Below are positions 16,987 to 25,124 of a stretch of 32,000 nucleotides of DNA, one piece after another; within the stretch, counting starts at the first letter, position 1, and the number at the start of each line of letters is the position of its first letter. The position numbers and the translations under genes were made by a program. The notes under the pieces are model-generated. The model made no database searches and was not told the DNA's origin. It saw only the letters and a list, made by a program, of their open reading frames with translations. The stretch covers positions 2,291,336 through 2,323,335 of the forward strand of contig NZ_CP142850.1 of assembly GCF_036287235.1 (NCBI RefSeq), in the 5' to 3' direction. The DNA is from Exiguobacterium sp. 9-2 (lineage in GTDB: Bacteria; Bacillota; Bacilli; Exiguobacteriales; Exiguobacteriaceae).

Positions 16987-17295
16987 TTAAACCGTTTCTA
17001 AAAATGCTGTCACTTGTTCTGGTGTCTTCCGCTCTTTGCCGACATAACGCCCTGTTTCTTCACCATCTCGGAACGCGACAAAGCTTGGAATTCCGAAGAT
17101 GTCCATTTCCTGGGCAATTTCAATGTGATCGTCGCGATCGACATAGTAAAATTCGAACGCGTCAAACGTCTGCTCGATTTCCGGCATGAACGGATCTAAA
17201 AAGCGACAATCCGGGCACCAGTTTGCTGAGAATAAAAAGACGGCCTTGCCTTGTTTTGCTGTATCGAATTCTTGTTTGGATTGTAATGTTTTCAT
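16987..17295 (-). CDS. ytpP: Thioredoxin-like protein YtpP
   Basis: 102 aa with the redox motif WCPDC in FLFSANWCPDCRF. RBS AAAGGAGGAAAC. Confidence 0.9.
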   Translation of the reverse strand: MKTLQSKQEFDTAKQGKAVFLFSANWCPDCRFLDPFMPEIEQTFDAFEFYYVDRDDHIEIAQEMDIFGIPSFVAFRDGEETGRYVGKERKTPEQVTAFLETV

Positions 17296-17336
17296 GATGG
17301 TTTCCTCCTTTAATTTCCCTAGAAGTCATTGCCCTC

Positions 17337-17345
17337 ATCATAGCA
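17337..17345 (-). promoter_or_regulatory. Extended -10 element TGCTATGAT upstream of ytpP
   Basis: Minus-strand TGnTATgAT lies about 40 nt upstream of the ytpP ATG. Confidence 0.45.
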
Positions 17346-17380
17346 TATTCAAATGTGACTGTGCGTTTTTGTGCTCGGTT

Positions 17381-17389
17381 TGCTATACT
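17381..17389 (+). promoter_or_regulatory. Extended -10 element TGCTATACT upstream of the 96-aa membrane protein gene
   Basis: TGnTATAcT lies 33 nt upstream of the ATG at 17422. Confidence 0.45.
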
Positions 17390-17421
17390 GCAACTAGAAA
17401 ACACCTTGAAAGGACTTCACT

Positions 17422-17712
17422 ATGGCAGATCAACCAATCAAACATCCGTTCGAACGCTTCGTCGGCTTCATCGGCATGACGAGTTGTTTACGTTACGGCT
17501 ATTCCTTCATTGATTCCGAACGGAGCTTACCCGAAATCTTTTTATATTTAGTTGTCGGTTTCGCGGTCATCATTCTACTCGAAGCACTCGGAAAACGACT
17601 TGCTCGGAAATTACCTGTCGTGCGCATGCGTTACTTGATACCCCTCTATCTCGTTTATCTTTACATCTTCTTCACGAGTTTTTATTCGAGTTCATTCGGA
17701 TTCTCTTTATGA
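17422..17712 (+). CDS. Small hypothetical membrane protein (two predicted TM helices)
   Basis: 96 aa with RBS GAAAGGA 7 nt before the ATG. Hydrophobic stretches are IFLYLVVGFAVIILLEAL and LIPLYLVYLYIFFTSFY. I recognise no family. Confidence 0.6.
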   Translation: MADQPIKHPFERFVGFIGMTSCLRYGYSFIDSERSLPEIFLYLVVGFAVIILLEALGKRLARKLPVVRMRYLIPLYLVYLYIFFTSFYSSSFGFSL

Positions 17713-17716
17713 AATG

Positions 17717-17796
17717 AAAAAAAGCTGATTCAAAAGGCATGTCCTTGTTTATCCACCATTCGATCAAACAGACACATTCTTTAGAATCAGCTTTTT
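17717..17796. terminator. Long imperfect hairpin, a probable bidirectional terminator between convergent genes
   Basis: Paired segments are gctgattc/gaatcagc (17724-31 / 17784-91), aaag/cttt and tgtc/gaca. The apical loop is 27 nt. An A7 run lies 5' and a T5 run lies 3'. Confidence 0.55.
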
Positions 17797-17800
17797 GTAC

Positions 17801-18814
17801 TTAATATTCGATTTTCAAGTCACCATCTTGAATCCGACCGAGTCGAAGTAATAACCGATAGATGAGATAACTGATGATGCCAGGCGCAATAAAACATAAT
17901 ACGATGACGGCTACATAGTATTCCATTTCAAACCCCATCGTCTTCAACAACATCAATGGACCAACAAAACCACTCGTCCCCATGCCTGAGCCTTCTGGGT
18001 TGCTCTCAAGCATCAACAGAACAGTCGCGAATGGCGCTAGGATAGCACCTGCGATCGTAGGCGGAATGAGAATCCAAGGATTGCGGATGATGTTTCCGAC
18101 TTGGAGCATCGATGTGCCGATACTTTGTGCGATGACGCCCCCGATTCCGTTATCACGATAACTGATGACACCAAAACCAATCATTTGAGCGGCACAGCCG
18201 ATCGTCGCAGCACCCGCAGCAAGTCCATCCAATCCAAGCATGATTCCAAGTGCGGCACTTGAAATTGGCGCTGTCAATGCAAGTCCCATCACAGTAGCAA
18301 TGAAGATACCCATGAACAACGGTTCGCGTTCCGTCCCCCAGCGAATTATTTCACCCAGATCGGTCATGCCTTTTCCAATCCATTTCCCGGCATAACGTCC
18401 AGCAACGAATCCAACTAGCAACGTGACGAACGGCGTCAACAGAATATCGAGTCGCGTCATCTTTGACACGAGTTTTCCGATTTCTGTTGCAAGTAGCGTC
18501 GCAATGTAACTACCTGCCGGTCCGCCAGCTTCATATCCAAATGCTCCAACCGCAACTGCTGCAAATAAGATGAGTGGCGGTGCTTCAAGCGCAAACGCTA
18601 CGGCGACACCGATCGCTGGTCCCGTCAGAGCAATCGCCTGCTCGCCTAATTGAATAAGAAACCTTGCTTCGATACCACGATCTACCAACCCTTCTCCGAT
18701 TGTTTGAACAATCAAGCCCATGATCAGCGAACTGAATAAACCAAGCGCCATATAACTTAATACAGTGATGAAATATACTTTAGGGCTAAGTGAAATTCCC
18801 TTTTGCTTGAACAT
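17801..18814 (-). CDS. Polytopic membrane protein resembling the PTS EIIC_2 family (orphan EIIC-like permease)
   Basis: I chose the ATG at 18814 (MFKQKGISLSPKVYF), 9 nt after AAAGGA. The ATG at 18838 immediately follows the -10 box and has no RBS. The protein has about 10 hydrophobic segments rich in G and A. The family call is from memory. Confidence 0.7.
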   Translation of the reverse strand: MFKQKGISLSPKVYFITVLSYMALGLFSSLIMGLIVQTIGEGLVDRGIEARFLIQLGEQAIALTGPAIGVAVAFALEAPPLILFAAVAVGAFGYEAGGPAGSYIATLLATEIGKLVSKMTRLDILLTPFVTLLVGFVAGRYAGKWIGKGMTDLGEIIRWGTEREPLFMGIFIATVMGLALTAPISSAALGIMLGLDGLAAGAATIGCAAQMIGFGVISYRDNGIGGVIAQSIGTSMLQVGNIIRNPWILIPPTIAGAILAPFATVLLMLESNPEGSGMGTSGFVGPLMLLKTMGFEMEYYVAVIVLCFIAPGIISYLIYRLLLRLGRIQDGDLKIEY

Positions 18815-18846
18815 CTTGTCACGTCCTTTACTCAACATCGCGTATC

Positions 18847-18855
18847 ATTATACCA
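18847..18855 (-). promoter_or_regulatory. Extended -10 promoter TGGTATAAT upstream of the EIIC-like gene
   Basis: An exact TGnTATAAT on the minus strand, about 33 nt upstream of the chosen start. Confidence 0.6.
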
Positions 18856-18930
18856 AATCCACTTTCGATTCGACTAGGCTGTTTTTCCAGCTGACAAGAC
18901 AATCAACATCATTATGTTCTCACTACAATA

Positions 18931-18965
18931 AAATAGACGACGGATTATAAGTCCGCCGTCTATTT
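18931..18965 (-). terminator. Rho-independent terminator after ytoP
   Basis: aaatagacgacgg / ccgccgtctattt has 12 of 13 positions paired with a 9-nt loop. A T-rich tail follows on the minus strand. Confidence 0.7.
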
Positions 18966-18993
18966 CATGAGGATGGTCCTCCCCGTTCGTTAT

Positions 18994-20064
18994 TTACTTG
19001 ACTTGCAATGTTGCAAGCGTCGTCGTATCAAGATTCGTGACGAGTTTTCGTAGCAATTCCTTCGCCGCATCATAATCATCTGTATGCATGATCGATGCGT
19101 GCGTATGGATATAACGTGCCGGTAAACCAACGACTGTTGTTGGAATACCATTGTTCGAGCGATGGATGACACCGCCGTCCGTTCCACCTGCACCGACGTA
19201 GTATTGATACGGAATCTTGTTCGATTCTGCCGTATCAAGGACATAATCCGTCATCTCTTTCGAAAGAATCATGACGCTGTCTTTAATACGGAGTAATGGT
19301 CCTTGTCCGAGTTGACCAAATTCCGTTTTGTCTCCTGACGCATCATTGGCAGGAGACGCATCGACGACGAACGCCACATCAGGATCGATAAGCGTCGTCG
19401 CTGTTTGGGCACCGCGCAATCCGACTTCTTCTTGAACCGTTGCACCAGAGAACAAAATGTTCGGATGATCCGCTGCTGTCGTCTCCTCCAACAATTCGAT
19501 TGCCATTCCGACACCATAGCGGTTATCCCATGCTTTCGCCATGATTTTCTTCGGATTCGCCATCGGTGTGAACGGGAAAAATGGTACTGCCGGAATACCC
19601 GGACGTACACCAAACGATTCCGCTTCTTCTTTTGAATCCGCACCGATATCGATGAACATGTCTTTGATTGCCATTGGCTTATTGCGTACTTCTTCTGTTA
19701 ATAAGTGTGGTGGAATCGACGCGATGACACCAGGGATGATACCGTTGTCTGTACAGATCGAGAACCGTTGGGCAAGCAATACTTGACTCCACCAACCACC
19801 GAGCGGTTGGATCCGTAACATCCCATTCTTCGTGATTTGCGTCACCATGAATGCCACTTCGTCCATGTGTCCGGCAACCATGACTTTCGGTCCTGTCGCA
19901 TCCCCTGTTCGCTTCCCGAAAATCGAACCCAGTCCATCTGTAACGATCTCGTCCGTGACAGGTGTAATGCGTTCGCGAACGAACTGACGCACCTCGTGTT
20001 CAAACCCTGGTGCCCCATTTAATTCCGTCAGTGTTCGAAATAACTCTCTCGTTTTTTCATTCAT
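18994..20064 (-). CDS. ytoP: M42 family glutamyl aminopeptidase (FrvX/YtoP-like)
   Basis: 356 aa with M42 motifs [10 protein letters not shown] and [20 protein letters not shown] lies 8 nt before the ATG. The position matches B. subtilis ytoP. Confidence 0.9.
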   Translation of the reverse strand: MNEKTRELFRTLTELNGAPGFEHEVRQFVRERITPVTDEIVTDGLGSIFGKRTGDATGPKVMVAGHMDEVAFMVTQITKNGMLRIQPLGGWWSQVLLAQRFSICTDNGIIPGVIASIPPHLLTEEVRNKPMAIKDMFIDIGADSKEEAESFGVRPGIPAVPFFPFTPMANPKKIMAKAWDNRYGVGMAIELLEETTAADHPNILFSGATVQEEVGLRGAQTATTLIDPDVAFVVDASPANDASGDKTEFGQLGQGPLLRIKDSVMILSKEMTDYVLDTAESNKIPYQYYVGAGGTDGGVIHRSNNGIPTTVVGLPARYIHTHASIMHTDDYDAAKELLRKLVTNLDTTTLATLQVK

Positions 20065-20183
20065 ATGTATCGCCTCCTGTTACCCATTATACAAAAAATT
20101 GCTTCAATCACTTAACCTTTTGTTTCTCTCTGAACGAATTATTTGGTACAGTAGGAATAGAACCTGTAAGGAGGGGAATTTTA

Positions 20184-20486
20184 ATGAAAAAACGCTATTG
20201 GATTATCGGATTGGCAGCAGCTGTCGTCGCCGCTTTCGCAGTGAAGAAGGCCGTTGACAATAAACAACTTTCTGCCGAAGAAGCGCTCGAAATCACGAAA
20301 CGCACATTTTCAGCAAAAGGACGTGTCCAAGGTGCATGGATCTCTGCAACACCGGAGGCTTACGCATATGAGTCACGTGACTACCAAAGCTATAAAGGTG
20401 GCATCTCGGTCCTTGAAGGTGATGACGAAAAAACGTATCAATTCACAGTCGATGCCGAAACTGGCGCATTACTCGAATACGCTTAA
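20184..20486 (+). CDS. ytzB: PepSY-like small membrane-anchored protein YtzB
   Basis: I chose the ATG at 20184 (MKKRYWIIGLAAAVVAAFAV) after RBS AGGAGGGG. The track ORF from 20010 overlaps ytoP and its promoter. 100 aa. Confidence 0.8.
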   Translation: MKKRYWIIGLAAAVVAAFAVKKAVDNKQLSAEEALEITKRTFSAKGRVQGAWISATPEAYAYESRDYQSYKGGISVLEGDDEKTYQFTVDAETGALLEYA

Positions 20487-20490
20487 TCAG

Positions 20491-20528
20491 AAGACCGTGC
20501 TTCAATCGATGAAGTACGGTCTTTTTTT
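20491..20528 (+). terminator. Rho-independent terminator after ytzB
   Basis: A 14-bp stem aagaccgtgcttca / tgaagtacggtctt with one G-U pair and loop atcga, followed by TTTTTTT. Confidence 0.9.
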
Positions 20529-20555
20529 CACGTTCCTATAAAGGAGGTATGATTC

Positions 20556-20912
20556 ATGTCCATTCTTGCTACTATCTTCGTTTTACTTGTTTCCTTAGAG
20601 CACTTTTATATCATGGCTCTTGAAATGTTCTTTTTATCCTCTAAGGCGGCACGACGTACATTCGGACTGACGGATGAAGCGGTCGCATCTAAGCAAATCC
20701 AGACGCTTTTTGCCAATCAAGGTCTCTACAATGGATTTTTAGCTGCTGGTCTTCTGTTTGGTCTGATCCGTGAAGATATTGCTGTCCAACTGTTCTTTTT
20801 AGCTTGTGTGTTCATCGCCGCACTCTATGGCGCCTTGACGGCTAATCGTTCCATTTTACTTAAACAAGGATTACCCGCCATACTCGCTTTCATCTTTGTG
20901 TTGTTAGCATAA
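20556..20912 (+). CDS. DUF1304 family membrane protein
   Basis: 118 aa with four hydrophobic segments and the motif FANQGLYNGFLAAGL, typical of DUF1304. RBS AAAGGAGG. Confidence 0.8.
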   Translation: MSILATIFVLLVSLEHFYIMALEMFFLSSKAARRTFGLTDEAVASKQIQTLFANQGLYNGFLAAGLLFGLIREDIAVQLFFLACVFIAALYGALTANRSILLKQGLPAILAFIFVLLA

Positions 20913-20949
20913 AAAAAAGCCTCTACCCAAACGGGTAGAGGTTTTTTTG
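20911..20949. terminator. Bidirectional rho-independent terminator
   Basis: A-run, then gcctctaccc aaac gggtagaggt, then a T7 run. It sits between convergent genes. Confidence 0.92.
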
Positions 20950-20950
20950 A

Positions 20951-21466
20951 TTAGCGCGGGTTATCGTTGCGCTCATAAATCGGATTCATGTATTCCGAAG
21001 TAGAGTACAAACGTGGTACGACGATGTATAAGACGATCGCTGGTACAGCGATGATCAACAACATCAAGAGTACCGGTAACCAGTAAACGACTTTTTGATG
21101 AAGATTATCCGAGTTGCTGTCGATGTATTCTTTTACGCCATCAACTTTTGCAGCGTCGGCATTCGTCAACAATTTACCGCTATCGGCATTGAAGAAGTGA
21201 ATTTCACGTTTGATTGTGATGAAGATGCCGTCACGAACTGTCTTGATGACAGCGATTCCGCCAATGACTTCTTCTCCTTTTCCGTTCGTGAACGTCTTCG
21301 GATCCTCGATTTTGACCGAACCTTTTTTATAATCGTAATGCGTCGTTGGTAATTCCTCATTTAATGCTTTTGTCATTTCTGAGGTATCAACCGCAGCAAG
21401 TACCGATTGACCGATACTTAACGCGAGAAAGAGCGCCGTTACGAAGGCTAAGCTTTTCTGCCACAT
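20951..21466 (-). CDS. Hypothetical exported protein with an N-terminal signal peptide and a C-terminal TM anchor
   Basis: I chose the ATG at 21466 (MWQKSLAFVTALFLALSIGQSVLAAV), 7 nt after AAGGGGGAA. The C-terminal helix is WLPVLLMLLIIAVPAIVLYIVV. I recognise no family. Confidence 0.7.
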   Translation of the reverse strand: MWQKSLAFVTALFLALSIGQSVLAAVDTSEMTKALNEELPTTHYDYKKGSVKIEDPKTFTNGKGEEVIGGIAVIKTVRDGIFITIKREIHFFNADSGKLLTNADAAKVDGVKEYIDSNSDNLHQKVVYWLPVLLMLLIIAVPAIVLYIVVPRLYSTSEYMNPIYERNDNPR

Positions 21467-21514
21467 CCCCAAATTCCCCCTTTACCTATAAGTACAAGTT
21501 CTTCAGTCAACAAC

Positions 21515-21523
21515 ATTGTACCA
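21515..21523 (-). promoter_or_regulatory. Extended -10 element TGGTACAAT upstream of the exported-protein gene
   Basis: Minus-strand TGnTAcAAT lies about 50 nt upstream of the ATG at 21466. Confidence 0.45.
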
Positions 21524-21582
21524 ATTAATAAGAAAAAAGTGTGAAAGAAATACCAGGAAAATAAGAAAACTTTTTGTCTAAA

Positions 21583-22224
21583 TTAATTTTGGTATGTTGC
21601 TTCCATCCGATAAATTGGTTGACCCATTGAAGAAAAGCGCTCTTCATACTCTGTCCGGACGTTATCCTCCGGTTCATTCGCATGTAGATCAAGCGACATC
21701 CAGTCAAAACGCATACCGTATGCCGACATCGTCATCAGACTCGATTCAAACAACTTTCGATTGTCAGTCTTGAAATGGATTTGTCCTTTCGCAGGTAAGA
21801 TGTCTTCATACGTTGAGAGGAACGTTTTATACGTCAAACGACGTTTCGCATGGCGTGTCTTCGGCCAAGGATCCGAGAAGTTCAAATAAACGCGCGCTAC
21901 TTCACCTTTTTCGAAGTAATCACGTAAATCTTTCGCATCGACCGTCAAGACACGAACATTTGCTTGTGGAGCCTCTACTAATTTTTGAACGATCGTCACT
22001 GCTACGCTCTCAAAAAGTTCAATCGCGATGAAGTTGATCTCCGGATGTTGGTTTGCCATCCCTGTAATGAAGGCTCCTTTTCCTGACCCCACTTCGATGT
22101 AGATCGGATTATCATTTTTAAACTCTGTCGCCCAGTTTCCTTTCAGGGATGCTGGTTCTGCTATATAGATCGAGGATTGTTCCTTCATATAATCCTGTGC
22201 CCATGGTTTATGTCGTAAACGCAC
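21583..22224 (-). CDS. trmB: tRNA (guanine46-N7)-methyltransferase
   Basis: 213 aa starting MRLRHKPWAQDYM, with the SAM motif EVGSGKGAF and DPWPKTRHAKRRL. GTG start. Confidence 0.93.
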   Translation of the reverse strand: MRLRHKPWAQDYMKEQSSIYIAEPASLKGNWATEFKNDNPIYIEVGSGKGAFITGMANQHPEINFIAIELFESVAVTIVQKLVEAPQANVRVLTVDAKDLRDYFEKGEVARVYLNFSDPWPKTRHAKRRLTYKTFLSTYEDILPAKGQIHFKTDNRKLFESSLMTMSAYGMRFDWMSLDLHANEPEDNVRTEYEERFSSMGQPIYRMEATYQN

Positions 22225-22296
22225 TATCGTTCATCCTTTCCAAACTTAAATTATCCGCAGATAAGTTTATCATGATTCGGGTAATTATATAAGAAC

Positions 22297-22318
22297 TTCT
22301 TCAATCCCGATTGAAGAA
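22297..22318. repeat. 10-bp perfect inverted repeat ttcttcaatc cc gattgaagaa in the divergent promoter region
   Basis: Direct reading. It lies between trmB (minus) and the 33-codon gene (plus). Confidence 0.85.
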
Positions 22319-22336
22319 TGTTCAGCAGTTCGTCAC

Positions 22337-22365
22337 TTGAGAAACAGTGAGCAATCTACTACACT
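22337..22365 (+). promoter_or_regulatory. Putative sigma-A promoter TTGAGA - 17 nt - TACACT for the 33-codon gene
   Basis: Hexamers at 22337-22342 and 22360-22365, 36 nt upstream of the ATG at 22401. Confidence 0.45.
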
Positions 22366-22400
22366 AAAGGTACGTAAGAACTAAAAAGGAGGGCTATACC

Positions 22401-22502
22401 ATGGAAGACTTCTTGATTGCTTGGGGCTCCCCCATCGTTCTCGTCATGGGCATCTGTGCCTTATTCGTCTGGGCGACTTTCGGAAAAGTCGACGTTGAAT
22501 AA
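22401..22502 (+). CDS. Small hydrophobic peptide, 33 aa: MEDFLIAWGSPIVLVMGICALFVWATFGKVDVE (single predicted TM helix)
   Basis: Absent from the ORF track, presumably because it is short. A strong RBS AAAGGAGGG lies 7 nt before the ATG. The gene has its own promoter-like hexamers and a strong terminator 11 nt after the TAA. Confidence 0.6.
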   Translation: MEDFLIAWGSPIVLVMGICALFVWATFGKVDVE

Positions 22503-22513
22503 GCGCAATCTCT

Positions 22514-22548
22514 GTACCTTGTGTAATCGTACACAAGGTACTTTTTTT
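22514..22548 (+). terminator. Rho-independent terminator after the 33-codon gene
   Basis: A 12-bp perfect stem gtaccttgtgta / tacacaaggtac with loop atcg, followed by TTTTTTT. Confidence 0.92.
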
Positions 22549-22568
22549 ATTCTCTAAACGAATTTAGG

Positions 22569-22597
22569 TTGGATTTACCATGAAACAGATGTATACT
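22569..22597 (+). promoter_or_regulatory. Putative sigma-A promoter of alsSD (TTGGAT - 17 nt - TATACT), bracketed by a GAAACAGAT direct repeat
   Basis: Hexamers at 22569-22574 and 22592-22597. The 9-mer GAAACAGAT occurs at 22582-22590 and 22604-22612, offset by 22 bp. Confidence 0.6.
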
Positions 22598-22665
22598 TTT
22601 TTCGAAACAGATTATTTATTACAGCTATCGAACACCAAAAAACGTTGGTAAAAAGGAGAATTGTA

Positions 22666-24357
22666 ATGAACGAAAATAAAAACAGTGATTCAAAAGAACT
22701 AGTACAGAAGAAAACAGGTGCAGACTTAGTCGTCGATTCACTCATCGAACAGGGTGTAGATTACATTTTTGGTATTCCTGGCGCCAAAATTGATTCCGTC
22801 TTCAATGTGTTACAGGATCGGGGACCTGAACTCATCGTTGCACGTCACGAACAAAATGCTGCATTCATGGCTCAAGCCATTGGTCGCTTGACAGACAAAC
22901 CAGGCGTTGTACTTGTAACATCTGGCCCAGGCGCATCAAACTTAGCGACAGGTCTTGTGACAGCAAACTCTGAAGGTGACCCAGTTGTCGCAATCGCCGG
23001 AGCCGTTACACGAGCAGACCGCTTAAAACGAACACATCAGTCCATGGACAATCAGGCACTCTTTACACCGATTACGAACTTCAGTGCAGAAGTGCAAGAT
23101 GCCGATAATATTCCAGAAGTACTGTCCAATGCTTTCCGAACAGCGGAAACAACATCTGGGGCTGCTTTCGTTAGTATCCCGCAAGACGTCGGATTGAGCG
23201 AAGCGAACGTCACGGCATTCCGTGCGGTTGAATCACCGAAGCTCGGTGTTGCACCAGAAGCTTGGGTTGAAGAAACAGCTCGTTTGATCCAAGATGCGAA
23301 GCTACCTGTCTTGTTGCTCGGTATGCGTGCGAGTCAGCCGGACGTCGTACATGCGATTCGTTCCCTGCTCAAACACGTCTCGATTCCTGTCGTCCAGACG
23401 TTCCAAGCGGCCGGCACATTATCACGTGAGCTTGAATCGAATTTCTATGGACGCGTCGGACTATTCCGTAATCAACCGGGAGATGCACTGCTCGCAGAAG
23501 CGGATCTCGTCCTCTCGATCGGCTATGACCCAATTGGCTATGATCCGAAATTCTGGAACCAACCGACGCACGACCGGACGCTTGTCCATATTGATCAAAT
23601 GCGTGCTGAAATTGACCACTTCTATCGCCCAGACCGCGAGCTTGTCGGTGATATGGCGAAAACGGTCGATGCAATCGCCGAGCGCCTGCAACCACTCACA
23701 TTACCTGAAAGTTCAGCTCAATTCCTTGAAGGATTACATCAACGTCTTGTCGATCGCGATGTTCCTCCTGTCGCGGATTCTCCGTTGACGCACCCACTCT
23801 ATTTCATGAAGACGTTACGTGAAAAAATTGCGGATGATGTCACGGTCACAGTCGACGTTGGTTCTCACTATATTTGGATGGCACGTCATTTCCGTTCGTA
23901 CGAACCACGTCACCTTCTCTTTAGTAATGGGATGCAAACGCTTGGTGTCGCGCTTCCTTGGGCAATCGCAGCAACACTCGTACGTCCTGGTAAGAAGGCC
24001 GTCTCGATTTCAGGTGATGGTGGATTCCTCTTCTCGGCGATGGAACTTGAGACAGCTGTTCGTTTGAACTCACCACTTGTCCACTTCGTATGGCGTGATA
24101 GCGGATTCGACATGGTCGCGTTCCAACAAGAGATGAAATACAAACGGAAATCCGGTACGTCATTTGGTGACGTCGATCTCGTCAAATATGCTGAGAGTTT
24201 CGGAGCAAAAGGATTACGCGTCAATCATCCATCTGAACTAGCCGCAATCATGGATGAAGCACTCGCGACAGAAGGACCAGTCATCGTCGATGTTCCGATT
24301 GATTATCGCGACAACATCGCGCTCGGAGAACAAGTTCATCTCGATCAATTGAACTGA
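22666..24357 (+). CDS. alsS: Catabolic alpha-acetolactate synthase (ThDP-dependent)
   Basis: I chose the ATG at 22666 (MNENKNS), 6 nt after AAAGGAGA. The track start at 22645 precedes the RBS. The ThDP motif is [21 protein letters not shown]. The protein is colinear with AlsS, and alsD follows. Confidence 0.93.
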   Translation: MNENKNSDSKELVQKKTGADLVVDSLIEQGVDYIFGIPGAKIDSVFNVLQDRGPELIVARHEQNAAFMAQAIGRLTDKPGVVLVTSGPGASNLATGLVTANSEGDPVVAIAGAVTRADRLKRTHQSMDNQALFTPITNFSAEVQDADNIPEVLSNAFRTAETTSGAAFVSIPQDVGLSEANVTAFRAVESPKLGVAPEAWVEETARLIQDAKLPVLLLGMRASQPDVVHAIRSLLKHVSIPVVQTFQAAGTLSRELESNFYGRVGLFRNQPGDALLAEADLVLSIGYDPIGYDPKFWNQPTHDRTLVHIDQMRAEIDHFYRPDRELVGDMAKTVDAIAERLQPLTLPESSAQFLEGLHQRLVDRDVPPVADSPLTHPLYFMKTLREKIADDVTVTVDVGSHYIWMARHFRSYEPRHLLFSNGMQTLGVALPWAIAATLVRPGKKAVSISGDGGFLFSAMELETAVRLNSPLVHFVWRDSGFDMVAFQQEMKYKRKSGTSFGDVDLVKYAESFGAKGLRVNHPSELAAIMDEALATEGPVIVDVPIDYRDNIALGEQVHLDQLN

Positions 24358-24368
24358 GGAGGATTCAC

Positions 24369-25082
24369 ATGACACACGATAAAACGCTCGTCCAGATTTC
24401 AACGATGATGGCACTGCTCGACGGAGTATTCGAGAGTGAAGTCACATACGCGTCCGTTCTTGATCAACGAAATTTTGGTATCGGAACGTTCGACCACTTG
24501 GATGGTGAGATGATTGGTTTTGATGGTCAGTTCTACCAGCTCCGTTCAGACGGTAGCGCTCGGCCACTTCAGCCTGAGACGACAACGCCGTTTGCGACAT
24601 TGACCCGTTTCGTGCCAGAGCAAACGCTCTCCGTGACAGAAGAGATGTCAAAATCGGAATTCGAACACTGGTTGAATGAACAACTACCGACGATCAATAG
24701 TTTTTATGCCGTTCGAATTGATGGAACGTTCACAGAGGTGCAGACACGTACCGTCGCACGTCAAGAGAAACCGTTCGTTCCAATCACGGAAGCTGTCGCC
24801 TCTCAAAGCGCGCGTACTTTCGAACAAACGGAAGGAACACTCGCCGGTTACTACACACCACGGTTCGGTCACGGTATCGCCGTCGCTGGATATCATCTTC
24901 ATTTCATCGATGCTGAACGCGCGGGCGGAGGCCATGTCTTTGACTACACGGTCAAGAACGTCACCGTCACATTCGAAGAAAAACCGCAGCTTGATTTACG
25001 TTTACCAACGACTGAAGCGTATCGGTCGGCGGATCTTGAAAGTCATGATATTGAAAAAGAGATTAAAATCGCAGAAGGTTAA
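24369..25082 (+). CDS. alsD: Alpha-acetolactate decarboxylase
   Basis: 237 aa with LVQISTMMALLDGVFE and GIGTFDHLDGEMIGFDGQFYQLRSDG, typical of AlsD/BudA. RBS GAGGAGGA. Confidence 0.93.
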   Translation: MTHDKTLVQISTMMALLDGVFESEVTYASVLDQRNFGIGTFDHLDGEMIGFDGQFYQLRSDGSARPLQPETTTPFATLTRFVPEQTLSVTEEMSKSEFEHWLNEQLPTINSFYAVRIDGTFTEVQTRTVARQEKPFVPITEAVASQSARTFEQTEGTLAGYYTPRFGHGIAVAGYHLHFIDAERAGGGHVFDYTVKNVTVTFEEKPQLDLRLPTTEAYRSADLESHDIEKEIKIAEG

Positions 25083-25084
25083 TC

Positions 25085-25124
25085 AAAAAAGCGTGTCGTT
25101 CCTTTTCGGAATGACACGCTTTTT
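25085..25124. terminator. Bidirectional rho-independent terminator between alsD and ytmP
   Basis: aaaaaagcgtgtcgttcc ttttc ggaatgacacgctttt has a 13-bp stem with one mismatch. The ytmP stop codon overlaps its 3' tail. Confidence 0.88.

Noticed and set aside
20010-20183. The long N-terminal extension of the ytzB track ORF. The same applies to similar extensions at ccpA (8255-8287), murC (14621-14635), ytxG (10802-10816), alsS (22645-22665) and the lipoprotein (6299-6400).
   Set aside because: In each case the extension runs through the gene's own Shine-Dalgarno or promoter, or through a neighbouring gene. A downstream start with a correctly spaced RBS gives an N terminus matching the family.
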